From IMG/VR virus record IMGVR_UViG_3300028886_000037, positions 64,001-128,000 of that record: 64,000 bases of DNA; one strand, given 5' to 3'. The position numbers and the translations under genes were made by a program. Shown here piece after piece: positions 1 through 10,008 of the stretch. The stretch comes from a virus. Lineage: Duplodnaviria; Caudoviricetes. The notes under the pieces were generated by a model, which had not been told where the DNA came from, did not search any database, and worked only from the letters and a program-made list of their open reading frames with translations. Numbering within the stretch: the first letter of the stretch is position 1; every line of letters begins with the position of its first letter.

Positions 1-951
1 TAGAGTGTCTATTCCTTCATCGAGCTGAACATCGATGACTGCGTTGACTTGATAGATGCCTGAGTCGAGCGCTAGCTCTGTTGCGCTGCTTGCCCTAATC
101 GAGCGGCCGCCGAAGTCTGGGTTGCTAGGAAGATACAATGGAAGCGCATCTTCATCTCCGACTTCACGAACTTCTCCATTGTCGCCGATCCAGTAAACAG
201 GACCATCCCCGTCGTTTCCGCTGCCACTTCCGCCCTGCTCGATGCAGAAGATGTTGTTGACTGAGAATGAGATGCCTGGAATAGTCTCTTCTGCGGTCAT
301 GTGCAGCTTGACAGATTCAAGATTCTGAGCCATCCAAGTGATAGACTTTGTCACCTTGTGAGCTTTAGTGCCATCGATTCTGAAGTCGAAGTCATATACT
401 TCGCCCGGTGCAGTGTCAGCAGTGATGTGAACTGTGTACTCATGATCTGCTGGATCAGTTACATTTGCGATGACTTCTGCTGAAAGAATGTATTGCTTGT
501 TAGTAAGCATGCCAACGACTGAGTCATTCTCGATTCCGAGATATTCATGACCTATAATGTGATCATCTCCATCTGGCAGAGGAAGATCTGCTGTTGACGG
601 TTGTACGAATGTGATCCAAGTCTGTGGAAGCTCGCTTGACGAAGTGCCCTTGTTAGAGTTCACGTAAGCTAGCTTTCTCTCGCCGTTGACGCTCAGATCG
701 TAGATGATCTTGCGGTCTTGTTCGCTAGTTCTCTTCGTTACGTTTATGGACTCATCGTCGGAAGTGACTTCGACCTGATAGTTGCCATACTTCGCAATAG
801 CCTTAGCGAGAATGATGTCGTTATCCATCGCAGGCTCGATGTTGTTGTCATTGAGCCAGTTACCGTCAGCGATCGTTCTGCGGTTCCACTTGGAGACTTC
901 GTAGAGCTTAATATTAGTTCCTTCAACAGTGAATTGTCGTGTTTTAGCCAT
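1..951 (-). CDS. Probable virion structural protein, runs off the window edge (MAKTRQFTVEGTNIKLYEVSKW...)
   Basis: ATG at 951 after a GGAG RBS and a GATAAATA late-type motif; open frame to position 1; missing from the ORF track because it is truncated; follows the neck gene. Confidence 0.6.
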   Translation of the reverse strand, partial: MAKTRQFTVEGTNIKLYEVSKWNRRTIADGNWLNDNNIEPAMDNDIILAKAIAKYGNYQVEVTSDDESINVTKRTSEQDRKIIYDLSVNGERKLAYVNSNKGTSSSELPQTWITFVQPSTADLPLPDGDDHIIGHEYLGIENDSVVGMLTNKQYILSAEVIANVTDPADHEYTVHITADTAPGEVYDFDFRIDGTKAHKVTKSITWMAQNLESVKLHMTAEETIPGISFSVNNIFCIEQGGSGSGNDGDGPVYWIGDNGEVREVGDEDALPLYLPSNPDFGGRSIRASSATELALDSGIYQVNAVIDVQLDEGIDTL

Positions 952-999
952 GTGCAATACACTCCATGCTTTCTTTCTAGTTATTTATCGCTATTTAGG

Positions 1000-1809
1000 T
1001 TAGCCGACTAAGATCTCGGCTGTTGGACTCTCAAGATCGATTCTCTCTTCGCACTTCTCGATCATATCCTTGAAGTCTGCGGCTAGAGAGTCGCCGTTCA
1101 ACTGACCACCGCCTGCGAGCTGCAATGTGTACTTTCTAAGAGCGAGAGTCCACAGCCAGCCAGCTTTTGCGACTAGATACTTACGGAATAGCGGATCCTG
1201 AATGAGGTTTAGGACGTGCTCGCGCTTATAGACACGGAGAAGACAGCGGTCTGGGTAACGCGGAGTAGGACGTACCATGAGCGCTTTCTCTTCTCTGATG
1301 TACTTTACGCTGTATTTTCTTGCGAAGTCCATCTTCGCTTCTTCCAACCAAGTGAGCGTAGCGTTCCAGTTGCCCAGAACGTCGCCGTAATCAGCACCGC
1401 CCCAACATGTTCCTGGGAAAGTCATGCCTCCCCACGGGAATTGCGAGACTAGCGCATTCGTAACTGGAGATAGAAGGTTGTCGGTGAGTCCGAGGAAGCT
1501 GGGAAGATTCAGATCAACCACTTCCTCGAGTTCCTGACAGATCTTGTAGTGAGTCATTCCGGGAACGAGCTGGAAAGCCAAGTAGTCTTCACGATGTCCT
1601 TGGCTGTAGTATTTCCAGAAGTATCTTATGCAGTCACCGATCAAGTCCATAAGCTGCTCGTCTGACAACTCTACGCAGATTCTTGGTGCACCAAGCTGAC
1701 GAAGAACATAAGCCTTCAACGCGGCTAGATTGTCGATCCAACCAATGTCGTAGTACGGATCTCTGTGCTCGCAGTACTTCGGTAGTCTCGGATTGCTGCT
1801 CTGTATCAT
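1000..1809 (-). CDS. gp13: Neck protein, T4 gp13-like
   Basis: LKAYVLRQLGAPRICVELSDEQL resembles the gp13 N-terminal signature. Confidence 0.8.
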   Translation of the reverse strand: MIQSSNPRLPKYCEHRDPYYDIGWIDNLAALKAYVLRQLGAPRICVELSDEQLMDLIGDCIRYFWKYYSQGHREDYLAFQLVPGMTHYKICQELEEVVDLNLPSFLGLTDNLLSPVTNALVSQFPWGGMTFPGTCWGGADYGDVLGNWNATLTWLEEAKMDFARKYSVKYIREEKALMVRPTPRYPDRCLLRVYKREHVLNLIQDPLFRKYLVAKAGWLWTLALRKYTLQLAGGGQLNGDSLAADFKDMIEKCEERIDLESPTAEILVG

Positions 1810-1828
1810 AGATCAGCCTCCCAGCTAA

Positions 1829-2464
1829 TTACTCACCATAGTCTTCAGGATTAGTTTCCTGGAATGTAGAGTAGACAATATCTACTTCACGTGTGATCTT
1901 TCCGTCACCTTCCTGATCCAATGTCGTAGAGTGAATTCCCATTGGCCAGCAGTAGTAGAGTGTGTAGTCGTGAGGCATACCCTGTGCTAGTCTTGAGTCG
2001 AAGCATGTTAGCTTGATCTTTGCGCTATAGTCTCTCATGTAGTTGGAGACAGCAGCGCCAGTCTTCTGGTCGAAATAGACAGCAGCGTCGCCGCCATCCT
2101 GACCGATGTCAGCGTTGTGCATGAGGTTCATCCAAGCTTGGAACATGTGAGAGGTCGTCCAGTCTTGGAACTCGTCAAACTTCAACGTAATCTGGCCGTC
2201 TTGCTTCATACGGCCCGGGAAGACTTTCTTTGATCCTTGCCAATGGGTCACAAGCGTATTTTCGACCTTTCTTTCTGGTAGAGCTGCGGTTTTGCATCTC
2301 AACGTAAACTGACGTGTACCGCCGATATGCGGACTATCGAACAACGTAGCGAGAGGTGTACCCTTCTCAGGAATGATCACAGCTTGCCATAGGAAGTTCT
2401 TAGCGATATCCTTGAAATTGTCGATCTCGCTAGTAAACACGTTCATATCATTTTCAGCTGCCAT
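1829..2464 (-). CDS. gp19: Tail tube protein, T4 gp19-like
   Basis: CKTAALP...WQGSKKVFPG...ITLKFDE...FQAWMN...YCWP tube-family pattern; TATAAATA upstream. Confidence 0.75.
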   Translation of the reverse strand: MAAENDMNVFTSEIDNFKDIAKNFLWQAVIIPEKGTPLATLFDSPHIGGTRQFTLRCKTAALPERKVENTLVTHWQGSKKVFPGRMKQDGQITLKFDEFQDWTTSHMFQAWMNLMHNADIGQDGGDAAVYFDQKTGAAVSNYMRDYSAKIKLTCFDSRLAQGMPHDYTLYYCWPMGIHSTTLDQEGDGKITREVDIVYSTFQETNPEDYGE

Positions 2465-2498
2465 AGCAATTTACTCCTAAATGTACTCTTTTACTTGT

Positions 2499-2506
2499 TA
2501 TTTATA
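2499..2506 (-). promoter_or_regulatory. T4-type late promoter TATAAATA for the tail tube gene
   Basis: Exact TATAAATA about 35 nt upstream of the ATG. Confidence 0.75.
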
Positions 2507-3524
2507 GACGTTGAATTGCGGCCGATACAGTTACTACATTCTTGATCGTAGCCCTATTCTCTGGAGACGCCGCCCAGTCGTTCTTAATCTGAGTTTCCCA
2601 AACCGAAACTTCAAAATCTCCTTTCATAGGAGCTGATTGTCCGTCTAGAATCGTCATCACATCCATCGTTTCCGTCTTTGTCCCTTGAAACTCTGTCGGG
2701 AGCATGTTGACTGCTTCGGTGAGCTCATCAACGAGATAACCAGACACGTTCTGGAATGCGACCTGCTCTTTCATTCCCTCTGGAATGAAGCCGCTCGTCA
2801 TGACGTGATAAATCGGATCTGCGTTAGTGAAGAGATAGTCTTTCGTGTAGCCCTGGGAGTTTTCGTAATACGACGGAATCGTTCCTTCGCCGATGCTGCA
2901 TCTATCAGCATTAGGTGGGAAGACATAGTCTGGCGCAGAAAGTTCTTTCTTTTCCGCTTTTCCCTGAACGATCAGCGGTGGAAGTGCAGTGATGTACTGA
3001 CCGGTTACGCTCAACAGAACATAAGGATTCTCTGGATCCTGTTCTTCTGGAATATGGCTCTCTGGCTCTGTGCATTCGAAGAGCACATAAGAGTCGTCGA
3101 AACCCTCAGTCTCTGTGCCATCGGAGCACTTAGCTGGAATGTAGATCGTCAGCTCGTAGCGGTCTTCCTGTGAGTTGTATACGAACTGAGTGTCGTAGAA
3201 GACGGAAGCCGTGATAGGAAGTCCATCTTTGTCGAGACGTGTTCCGAGATTGAACGTGAGCTCGCGATTCTCTCCAAGGATCTCGTTAATTGACAGCCAG
3301 CATCGCTTCATGATGTCTGGATTCGACATCTCTAGCTCTGGAATGTTCTCCACAGAGATCGTCGTGGCGTCATACATGTACGGATGTAGCTTCGCATTCG
3401 TAACGTGGACAAGGAGACGCTCACGGCCATCTTCGACTACCACTTCGCTAGTCGTGTAAGACGCCGTAACCTCTTTGTCGTTGCTTTGTCGAATTGACTT
3501 AAATGCGTTAGTTAGATCGGCCAT
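2502..3524 (-). CDS. Hypothetical acidic protein, probably baseplate/tail associated
   Basis: 340-aa ORF between the gp6-like and gp19-like genes, with a GAGG RBS. Confidence 0.6.
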   Translation of the reverse strand: MADLTNAFKSIRQSNDKEVTASYTTSEVVVEDGRERLLVHVTNAKLHPYMYDATTISVENIPELEMSNPDIMKRCWLSINEILGENRELTFNLGTRLDKDGLPITASVFYDTQFVYNSQEDRYELTIYIPAKCSDGTETEGFDDSYVLFECTEPESHIPEEQDPENPYVLLSVTGQYITALPPLIVQGKAEKKELSAPDYVFPPNADRCSIGEGTIPSYYENSQGYTKDYLFTNADPIYHVMTSGFIPEGMKEQVAFQNVSGYLVDELTEAVNMLPTEFQGTKTETMDVMTILDGQSAPMKGDFEVSVWETQIKNDWAASPENRATIKNVVTVSAAIQRL

Positions 3525-3533
3525 TCAATCCTC

Positions 3534-6221
3534 TTATGCGTACTTGTATCTGAATCTGAGTCGTAGGACTGGAATATCTCTCATCGAGCTGAAGTTGACG
3601 ATGTTGTTGTTGTCATCAAGGATGTTGTCGTCGAAGACTACCTTCAAGATCGGATAGAGATATGCGAAGTTCTCTCTCGCTACTTCGTCTGTGATCTTTC
3701 CGGAGTCAAGAGCCTTCTTTAGCTCGTAGTAGAATGACTGCTCGCTCAAGTTCTTCGTGATGTCAGTGGAGTTAGCGCCTCGTCTTGAGAACGTCTCGAC
3801 ACGGATCTGCTTAGCGGAGTAATAGTCATCTAGCTGCTTGATCTTATCTTCGGTTATTCCAACCTGATACAGAGATCTGAATGCGACTTCTTTTGAAACT
3901 CCCATAGCGATCAGCAGTTTCAATACTCCATAATAGGCAAATAGAGCTCTGATCTGATCTGGAGGTTCTGTCTCGAAGTCTATCTCGTAAGGCAGCTCGA
4001 TGGGTCTATCTTCGGTACCGACAACCAGCTCTCGTCCGAGGATCCAGTCGTTCACGACATTCAGGAAGTTCATATCGAGTCCACTTATCTTGCCTTTCTT
4101 GAACAGCGAGTCATCTTCTATCTCTAGGTCCATGTAGTAGCTAGTAGAGATTGACGGATTCGTGTTGAGCGATAGGTAGACAGCGTCTGGATCTACGCTC
4201 ACTTCCTCGATGCGGTAAGTGTTGCTAGACGGGTTCTCAGACTGGATCGTGACTGTGAAGTCCTTTCCGACCATGTCGCTGAACACGTCTCTCATGTCTG
4301 TTCCGCGAATGTCGTTCATCGGAACGATCAGGATGTTGCGGTTCGATCTGATGTAGCCTGGCTCGAAGCGGTAAGACTTGTTCTCTCCCTTGATCCAGTC
4401 AGAGACCTTGAGGTCAATGTTAGCACGCTTTGCGGAAGGATTCTGTAAAATTAGATTTACAATATCTGACTTGAAGATTCTCTCTTTGAAGCCAGTGTTG
4501 CGTGAGAGCCACTTGTAGATCGAGTTCTCTAGCTCGTCTTTGAACTTCGCCATGTCGACGTGTCTGTCAACCAGAATGTCGCCGACCACGTCGTAGTAGT
4601 GGAATAGCGGAGGCATAGAGATTAGCTTCGTGTTGAGCATCATTCGATCCTCAGCGTCAGCACGGATCTGCTCGCACCATTGACCGAAGACTGAGCCGTC
4701 ATTGTACTGATCGTAAGTCATTCTCTTCGGATGAACGAGGAACTCCACGAAGTCAAGCAAGTGATCCATGTAGGTCTGGTAGTCGATGTACATGCAAGTG
4801 TTCGTAATGTCCTCGTCTTCGTCAAACACGTTGATCGGACGATAGAGTCCATCTGCTTCGCGATAGATGTCGGACAGGATAGAGTACAGAACCAAGTTCG
4901 TGATTCCAGCGTCATGCTCGACGCCCTCGTCTTCAAGCTGATTCTCACCAAATGCGATCGCGTGCTTGACGATCAGCGGATCAGTGATGGTCAACAGGTA
5001 AGACTGGAAGTCTGGGTAAGTGATTAGCTTTCCGTTAGATGCGAAGTAGAGCTTTGCGTTTCTGACCATGCTTTCTTTAGACTCGAAGTCAGTTCCGCCG
5101 TGAATAGCGCTCTCGAACATGAACTGGACGTTGTTGGTGATGTTTACGACTCTACCCTCGCCAGAAGCGTAGATCTTGCCCTCTGGACGAAGAACTGAAC
5201 CGACTGCGTCCGGATAGTTAGCGTCTGATCCGTCAGTGATCACGTACTGGACGAAGATCATGTCGTCGAGAGACTTTAGACCCTCGACTGTGTCGATTCC
5301 GTTTCCGAAGTAGAGACGGACTGTCTTGTCGTAGTTCGATCTGATGCAGACAACGTTGTAAGGAGGATTCTCTTTCTGGCGCTTGACTTCGTTCTCTTTG
5401 TATAGCTCGACGGCTTCGTCTTCGATGTAGAAGATGTTCTCGTCTGTCATAGCCTCTTCGAGAGACTTGCCGATTCCGATCTTGCAGAGACCATAGCGTG
5501 GCTCATATTCTCCGTTCTTGAATGCGAACGGATCACGAACGCCGTAGTAGTTCGAGAACTTGAGATCGTCGATGTCGTAGAACTGGTCTTTGTGTCCAAC
5601 CTGGCTTGCGAATGTCACTGGATCGATCGTCTTCGATACTCTCTTTCCCTGAACGACTTTGATATTTCTCAACTTAGATGCAGCGGCGCTGCTGACCTTT
5701 CCAGCGAGCGTCAAGTAGCCATCATTGTCGCTCTCGTAGCCGTTGACTGCATAGATGATCTTCTTTGACCATGAGGAATTGCCAACGCCGTTTCTCACGT
5801 CGTCTGCGGTGAGCTTGTATGAGTAGCATGCGTCAAGGAAGAAGTCGTGACCGTTGAACGTGAATGTCAAGTTTTCGTTATTGAGCCAGATCGTGTCGCC
5901 AGCCTGAACGGTGCTCGGGAGAGGTCCGTTCAGATTCAACGAGATGTTAGCGACTGCGGGAACTGGACGCTTTGGCTGATAGCCGAGATTGTGGCACAGC
6001 TTGATGACGCTAGAGTCAAGTTTTGCAGTGTCGAGATAGTTCTCTTCGGCAGTGCGCTGAATGTAGAAGTTTGTCAGATCTAACACGCCAGCGATGAATT
6101 CCTGGAGATAGGAATAGATGCTAGCTTGGCTCAAATTCTTGTACTGCTCATCGGATAGGACTCGGTTGTTCCAGTCCGTAAGCATCGATTCGTGCGTGAC
6201 TTTCGTATAATCTAGGCTCAT
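3534..6221 (-). CDS. gp6: Baseplate wedge protein, T4 gp6-like
   Basis: ENYLDTAKLDSSVIKLCHNLGYQPKR, VRLYFGNG, YVITDGSDAN, GGTDFES..VRNAKLYFAS..LITYPDF; start moved to MSLDY at 6221 (GAGG RBS). Confidence 0.8.
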   Translation of the reverse strand: MSLDYTKVTHESMLTDWNNRVLSDEQYKNLSQASIYSYLQEFIAGVLDLTNFYIQRTAEENYLDTAKLDSSVIKLCHNLGYQPKRPVPAVANISLNLNGPLPSTVQAGDTIWLNNENLTFTFNGHDFFLDACYSYKLTADDVRNGVGNSSWSKKIIYAVNGYESDNDGYLTLAGKVSSAAASKLRNIKVVQGKRVSKTIDPVTFASQVGHKDQFYDIDDLKFSNYYGVRDPFAFKNGEYEPRYGLCKIGIGKSLEEAMTDENIFYIEDEAVELYKENEVKRQKENPPYNVVCIRSNYDKTVRLYFGNGIDTVEGLKSLDDMIFVQYVITDGSDANYPDAVGSVLRPEGKIYASGEGRVVNITNNVQFMFESAIHGGTDFESKESMVRNAKLYFASNGKLITYPDFQSYLLTITDPLIVKHAIAFGENQLEDEGVEHDAGITNLVLYSILSDIYREADGLYRPINVFDEDEDITNTCMYIDYQTYMDHLLDFVEFLVHPKRMTYDQYNDGSVFGQWCEQIRADAEDRMMLNTKLISMPPLFHYYDVVGDILVDRHVDMAKFKDELENSIYKWLSRNTGFKERIFKSDIVNLILQNPSAKRANIDLKVSDWIKGENKSYRFEPGYIRSNRNILIVPMNDIRGTDMRDVFSDMVGKDFTVTIQSENPSSNTYRIEEVSVDPDAVYLSLNTNPSISTSYYMDLEIEDDSLFKKGKISGLDMNFLNVVNDWILGRELVVGTEDRPIELPYEIDFETEPPDQIRALFAYYGVLKLLIAMGVSKEVAFRSLYQVGITEDKIKQLDDYYSAKQIRVETFSRRGANSTDITKNLSEQSFYYELKKALDSGKITDEVARENFAYLYPILKVVFDDNILDDNNNIVNFSSMRDIPVLRLRFRYKYA

Positions 6222-6238
6222 GCAATTTACCTCTATGT

Positions 6239-6250
6239 TATTTATAAATA
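6239..6250. promoter_or_regulatory. Palindromic bidirectional late promoter TATTTATAAATA
   Basis: Two overlapping TATAAATA on opposite strands between the divergent gp6 and terminase-ATPase genes. Confidence 0.7.
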
Positions 6251-6266
6251 CTTGAAGAGGTAACTC

Positions 6267-7043
6267 ATGAATCTGAAACTTACATTCAATCAAGTGAAAA
6301 CTTTACAGAAGTGCAAAGAGAATCCGTCGAGATTTCTCAAGTTCTGCACGATTCTCGGTCCGTCTGGCGACCAGGAGTTCAAGCCGTTCAGATGGCAGAA
6401 GAAAGTCCTGAAGTCTTTCAAAGAGACAGCTTTCGATCCAAAGGCGAAGCGAGGACACGTGCTGATTGGTCCCAGACAGTCAGGAAAGACGACACTGATC
6501 GCAGCTTATGCGCTATGGTATGCGCTATTCCACAATGACCGTAACGTATGCTTGATGGCCAGAAAGTGGGCGCAGGCTAACGAGATCTTGCATCTGGTCA
6601 AAGAGATCTACAGAAAGCTGCCCGAGTATATGCGTCTGGATACGAAGCTTGACCGGAAAGAGATCATGCAGTTCACGAACAACAGCAGGATCTTCTCTTG
6701 CTCCGCGAACTCTGCTATGCTTCATGGCCGCACGATTGATCTGTTCGTGATCGACGAAGCCGCGTATATCGATGACTACGACTTCGAAGAGCTGATGATG
6801 TGCATCCTTCCAGTCATGATGTCTCGCCCGTCTGCCCAGACGATATTTCTATCGACTCCGCAGAAGAAAGAGACTACGTTCTACAAGATATACGAAGATG
6901 CGGTATACGATAAGAACTCCTTTGTTCCGCACCGAGTGAAGTGGAACTGTCGTCCCGAGCATACGAAGGAATGGCTCGAGAGCATGAAGAAGAACTTCAA
7001 CAAGGACCACTTCCGTTGCGAGATCCTCGGCGAGTTTATTTAG
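6267..7043 (+). CDS. Terminase large-subunit ATPase domain only (gp17 paralog lacking the nuclease domain)
   Basis: FRWQ Q-motif, GPRQSGKTT Walker A, FVIDEAA Walker B, STP motif III; ends at FRCEILGEFI*. Confidence 0.8.
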   Translation: MNLKLTFNQVKTLQKCKENPSRFLKFCTILGPSGDQEFKPFRWQKKVLKSFKETAFDPKAKRGHVLIGPRQSGKTTLIAAYALWYALFHNDRNVCLMARKWAQANEILHLVKEIYRKLPEYMRLDTKLDRKEIMQFTNNSRIFSCSANSAMLHGRTIDLFVIDEAAYIDDYDFEELMMCILPVMMSRPSAQTIFLSTPQKKETTFYKIYEDAVYDKNSFVPHRVKWNCRPEHTKEWLESMKKNFNKDHFRCEILGEFI

Positions 7044-7642
7044 CCTTTCCAGTGGAACTGGTCGATCGTCATTGACGTTTCGATCTTCTTGACTTCATCC
7101 ATCGTGATCTTGCGCTGGCCGAGAGACTTTTCGACCAGCAGCATGTTGTGAGCGTTGATCTTGTTGATCGGGTCAAGCAGACCCAGACGGAAGATCTTGT
7201 TGAGATTGAGCGAGAGAAGCCAAGCTTCGCGTTCAGAGTAGTAGCGGGACTTCGGCGTGATCTTCATAGAAGACGGCGGAAGCGTCGTTACGACTTCATC
7301 GTCCTTCTGGCTGTAGCGTCCCTGATTGCTGACGAGGTGTAGATAGTGGCAGCACTCGTGAAGGAAGACGGCTGCTGCGTCGTCGTCTTTGAACTTGATC
7401 TTGCCGTCGCTGAGATAGTCTTTGCTCAGGTAGAGGATGTTTACGAAGGACTTAGTGGTAAAGAAGCCGCCGATGCCGCTTCGATCCAAGATCTTCTGGT
7501 CCTGAAATACGACTGATGCGAACTTAGCGCCAGTGATCTTGCCTCGAATGAAGTTCCATGCGATCTGAAGGCCGCTGTTGTCAGTCACCATTTCTAGCTT
7601 GGCGACTTGAATGCGGGTAAAAATAGTGCGATTGTCAATCAT
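7040..7642 (-). CDS. Putative zinc metallopeptidase-like protein (HExxH)
   Basis: FLHECCH...EREAW motif; early promoter upstream. Confidence 0.55.
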   Translation of the reverse strand: MIDNRTIFTRIQVAKLEMVTDNSGLQIAWNFIRGKITGAKFASVVFQDQKILDRSGIGGFFTTKSFVNILYLSKDYLSDGKIKFKDDDAAAVFLHECCHYLHLVSNQGRYSQKDDEVVTTLPPSSMKITPKSRYYSEREAWLLSLNLNKIFRLGLLDPINKINAHNMLLVEKSLGQRKITMDEVKKIETSMTIDQFHWKG

Positions 7643-7673
7643 AACTGGTCCTTGATGACGGTTCTACATCCAT

Positions 7674-7702
7674 AATATAGGTAATTCCTGCACTTTTGTA
7701 AA
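7674..7702 (-). promoter_or_regulatory. Early promoter (TTTACA-N17-TATATT)
   Basis: Matches the repeated consensus; leader CAAGGACCAGTT-ATG. Confidence 0.75.
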
Positions 7703-7735
7703 CAGAAAAAATTAAGATTTTCTTGAATTTTAGGG

Positions 7736-7764
7736 TTTACGAATTCTCCCGAAATACCTATATT
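7736..7764 (+). promoter_or_regulatory. Early promoter (TTTACG-N17-TATATT)
   Basis: Repeated consensus; divergent partner of 7674-7702. Confidence 0.75.
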
Positions 7765-7796
7765 GTACATACAAACCGTCAACAAGGACCGCTTAA

Positions 7797-9416
7797 ATGA
7801 CCAACGTAGAAGTTTCCGACAAGGCTATCGAGCTCCAGTTCACCAACGCTGTGGACTACTTCGGCCTCTATATTCCTAACCTCCTTTCCTTCTACGCTCT
7901 CTTCACGAAGCGCGTAAACAACGACATCAACGCTATCCGCATCTGCGTCAAGACCGACGTTACTCCGGTTCTCGAATACAACAAAGCTTGGATCTGCAGC
8001 TGCGACCGAGCTGTCTTCGTCTTCATTCTCGCCATCGAGATGTACCGCTTCATCCTTCATCACTGCACGCACCGCGAACTCACTGGCGCAAACGCATTCA
8101 AGGCTTCCACTGCGACTTGCAACAGCAAGGAACTTCAGATCTTCCTCTCTTCTGCACCCGAAGAACTCGCTAAACACGTCCGCGAATCGATCTGGTGCAA
8201 GAAGCTCATCGAAGATGAAATCAACCAGAAGATCGCAGAAAACGACTATTACTACGAATCTGTCTTCCAGCTGCTCAATCAGCACCAGGAACAACAGCAA
8301 CAACAACAGCAGTCGTCATCTCAGGACGGCGAAGGAGATCAAGATGATCAAGACCAGAACAACGAAACCAGCTCCGGCAGTCAAGGCGACGAAGACTCCG
8401 ATTCCGAAAGCGACCAAGACCAAGACGGTTCTGAAGGTCAAGACTCAGAAGATCAAGAAGGTCAAGACTCAGAAGATCAAGAAGGTCAAGAAGGACAAGA
8501 CGGATCTTCTCAGTCTAAGTCTCGAGGAACTGGCGAAGATGACTCCAACGACCAAGGAACTTCAGATGCTCAAGACTCTTCCGACTCCAGTTCAGAATCT
8601 GGTGATGCGGGTGACTCTGATGGGAATCAGAGCTCTGGAGAGGGTCGAGGAACTGGAAACAATCCTGGGGCTCCTGGACAAGATGGCAAGGGAAAGTCAA
8701 AAAAGCAAAACCCCAAAAAAGACGCCTTCGACGAATGGAACCAAAACGGCGAACAGAACACGGAAGAGTGGGGCGCAAACAATATCGTAGACGAGATGAT
8801 CCGAGACGTGATCGAGAATAAGTGCAAGGTCACGGGCTGGGGCAAGCTGAGCGGCGAAGCTGTGGAAGAGATCATGCTCAAGAACAAGCGCAAGGTCAAC
8901 ATCACTCCGATCATCGCTGGCTTCGGCGCTACCGTCCGCTGCCGCAAGCGCGTCTCTACTCGTCTCCGCGTCAACAAGCGCTACGAATATCTTCCGGGCT
9001 ACCGCACCGACCGCAAGACCAAGATGCTCTTCGCCATCGACTCCAGTGGCTCTATGTCCGAGTCAGACATCCGCAAGGGCTGCGAAATTCTGCACAACTT
9101 CTACAAGAAGACCGAAATCGATCTAGCCTTCTGGGACGCTAAGATGGTCAAGCCGCAGAAGCTCAAAAAGAATTTCCAGAAGATCACGGCTCCTGGTCGT
9201 GGCGGTACGGATCCTCACTGCATCGGCGAATATCTCAAGGCCCACAACCTGCACTACGACGGCGTCGTCATCTTCACAGACTGCTACTGGGAATGGAAGG
9301 AAAACAACCTCGGCTCTCACATCTTCGTGATCTCTTCTGAAAAGAACTACACGGTGCCGAAGTTCGTCCGCCATCACGCTTCCATCCAGCAGCTCACTCA
9401 CGTCTTCGACGACTAA
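7797..9416 (+). CDS. VWA-domain protein with a DUF2201-like N-terminus and an acidic low-complexity linker (MoxR partner)
   Basis: AIDSSGSMS MIDAS, GRGGTD, VIFTD; Q/D/S/G-rich linker. Confidence 0.8.
   Translation: MTNVEVSDKAIELQFTNAVDYFGLYIPNLLSFYALFTKRVNNDINAIRICVKTDVTPVLEYNKAWICSCDRAVFVFILAIEMYRFILHHCTHRELTGANAFKASTATCNSKELQIFLSSAPEELAKHVRESIWCKKLIEDEINQKIAENDYYYESVFQLLNQHQEQQQQQQQSSSQDGEGDQDDQDQNNETSSGSQGDEDSDSESDQDQDGSEGQDSEDQEGQDSEDQEGQEGQDGSSQSKSRGTGEDDSNDQGTSDAQDSSDSSSESGDAGDSDGNQSSGEGRGTGNNPGAPGQDGKGKSKKQNPKKDAFDEWNQNGEQNTEEWGANNIVDEMIRDVIENKCKVTGWGKLSGEAVEEIMLKNKRKVNITPIIAGFGATVRCRKRVSTRLRVNKRYEYLPGYRTDRKTKMLFAIDSSGSMSESDIRKGCEILHNFYKKTEIDLAFWDAKMVKPQKLKKNFQKITAPGRGGTDPHCIGEYLKAHNLHYDGVVIFTDCYWEWKENNLGSHIFVISSEKNYTVPKFVRHHASIQQLTHVFDD
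8433..8491 (+). repeat. 24-bp tandem repeat (EGQDSEDQ), about 2.5 copies
   Basis: gaaggtcaagactcagaagatcaa x2 plus a partial copy. Confidence 0.85.
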
Positions 9417-9425
9417 GAGGTAAAC

Positions 9426-9644
9426 ATGAACAAGAGAGAAATAGCTAACTTCATCCACAAATTTGTGGAATGGAAATATCATGATCTGATCTCATACAAC
9501 GAGATCGAAAATGGTATGATCTACTATCCAGATACCGACAGATACGGCTTCAACTGTCACAAAGTGCTTGAAAAGTACGGGATCGGCATTGATCAGTTCA
9601 AGAAGGATCTTGCCGATCTGCTGCTCATCTTCAATCGCACCTAG
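9426..9644 (+). CDS. Hypothetical protein
   Basis: GAGG RBS, 72 aa. Confidence 0.6.
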   Translation: MNKREIANFIHKFVEWKYHDLISYNEIENGMIYYPDTDRYGFNCHKVLEKYGIGIDQFKKDLADLLLIFNRT

Positions 9645-9648
9645 CAAC

Positions 9649-9677
9649 AATCCTCTCGTATAAATAACGAGAGGATT
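9649..9677 (+). promoter_or_regulatory. Hairpin sequestering an RBS, with late promoter TATAAATA at the loop
   Basis: aatcctctcgt-ataaata-acgagaggatt; ATG at 9680. Confidence 0.75.
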
Positions 9678-9679
9678 TT

Positions 9680-9997
9680 ATGCGAACAGACGAAGGAAGA
9701 CTATGGAACGCCACTAAGGCAGTAGGCCGTGGCTTAGTGAAGGGTGCCGCAGCAGCGCATAATGCGGCTACAAAGGCAGCTGCTGGCGCAAAAGAATTCT
9801 ACGATGCCTCTTATAAGAAGCGTAAGTATAGAGCTCCAGACTGGGAGTCTGTGGCGAAAGAAGTGGCAGACGAGATCAGCGAGACGCTGCAGTATGTCGA
9901 CAAGAAGCTCGTATTGAAGTGGTCGAGATACATCATAGAGGAAATCGCTAAGAGAGATGCACGGATCGGCAAGTTCGCATCCGACTTTGCAAACTAG
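9680..9997 (+). CDS. Small late protein, paralog of 10009-10260
   Basis: Shared DEG(R)LW and KLV.(K/R)W.R..I.E.AK.D...G.F..(D/N)F pattern. Confidence 0.65.
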   Translation: MRTDEGRLWNATKAVGRGLVKGAAAAHNAATKAAAGAKEFYDASYKKRKYRAPDWESVAKEVADEISETLQYVDKKLVLKWSRYIIEEIAKRDARIGKFASDFAN

Positions 9998-10008
9998 GGA
10001 GGAGACAG

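Noticed and set aside
744-962. 72-aa ORF from the track
   Set aside because: Wrong frame; the real gene starts at 951 and runs off the window.
8433-8491. Repeat as a possible CRISPR array
   Set aside because: In-frame coding repeat without spacers; no CRISPR array was seen in the window.
8215-8790. Basic 191-aa plus-strand ORF and similar overlapping ORFs (for example 23874-24269, 39035-39598, 14153-14842)
   Set aside because: Shadow frames of low-complexity or strongly codon-biased genes, with no RBS or motifs.
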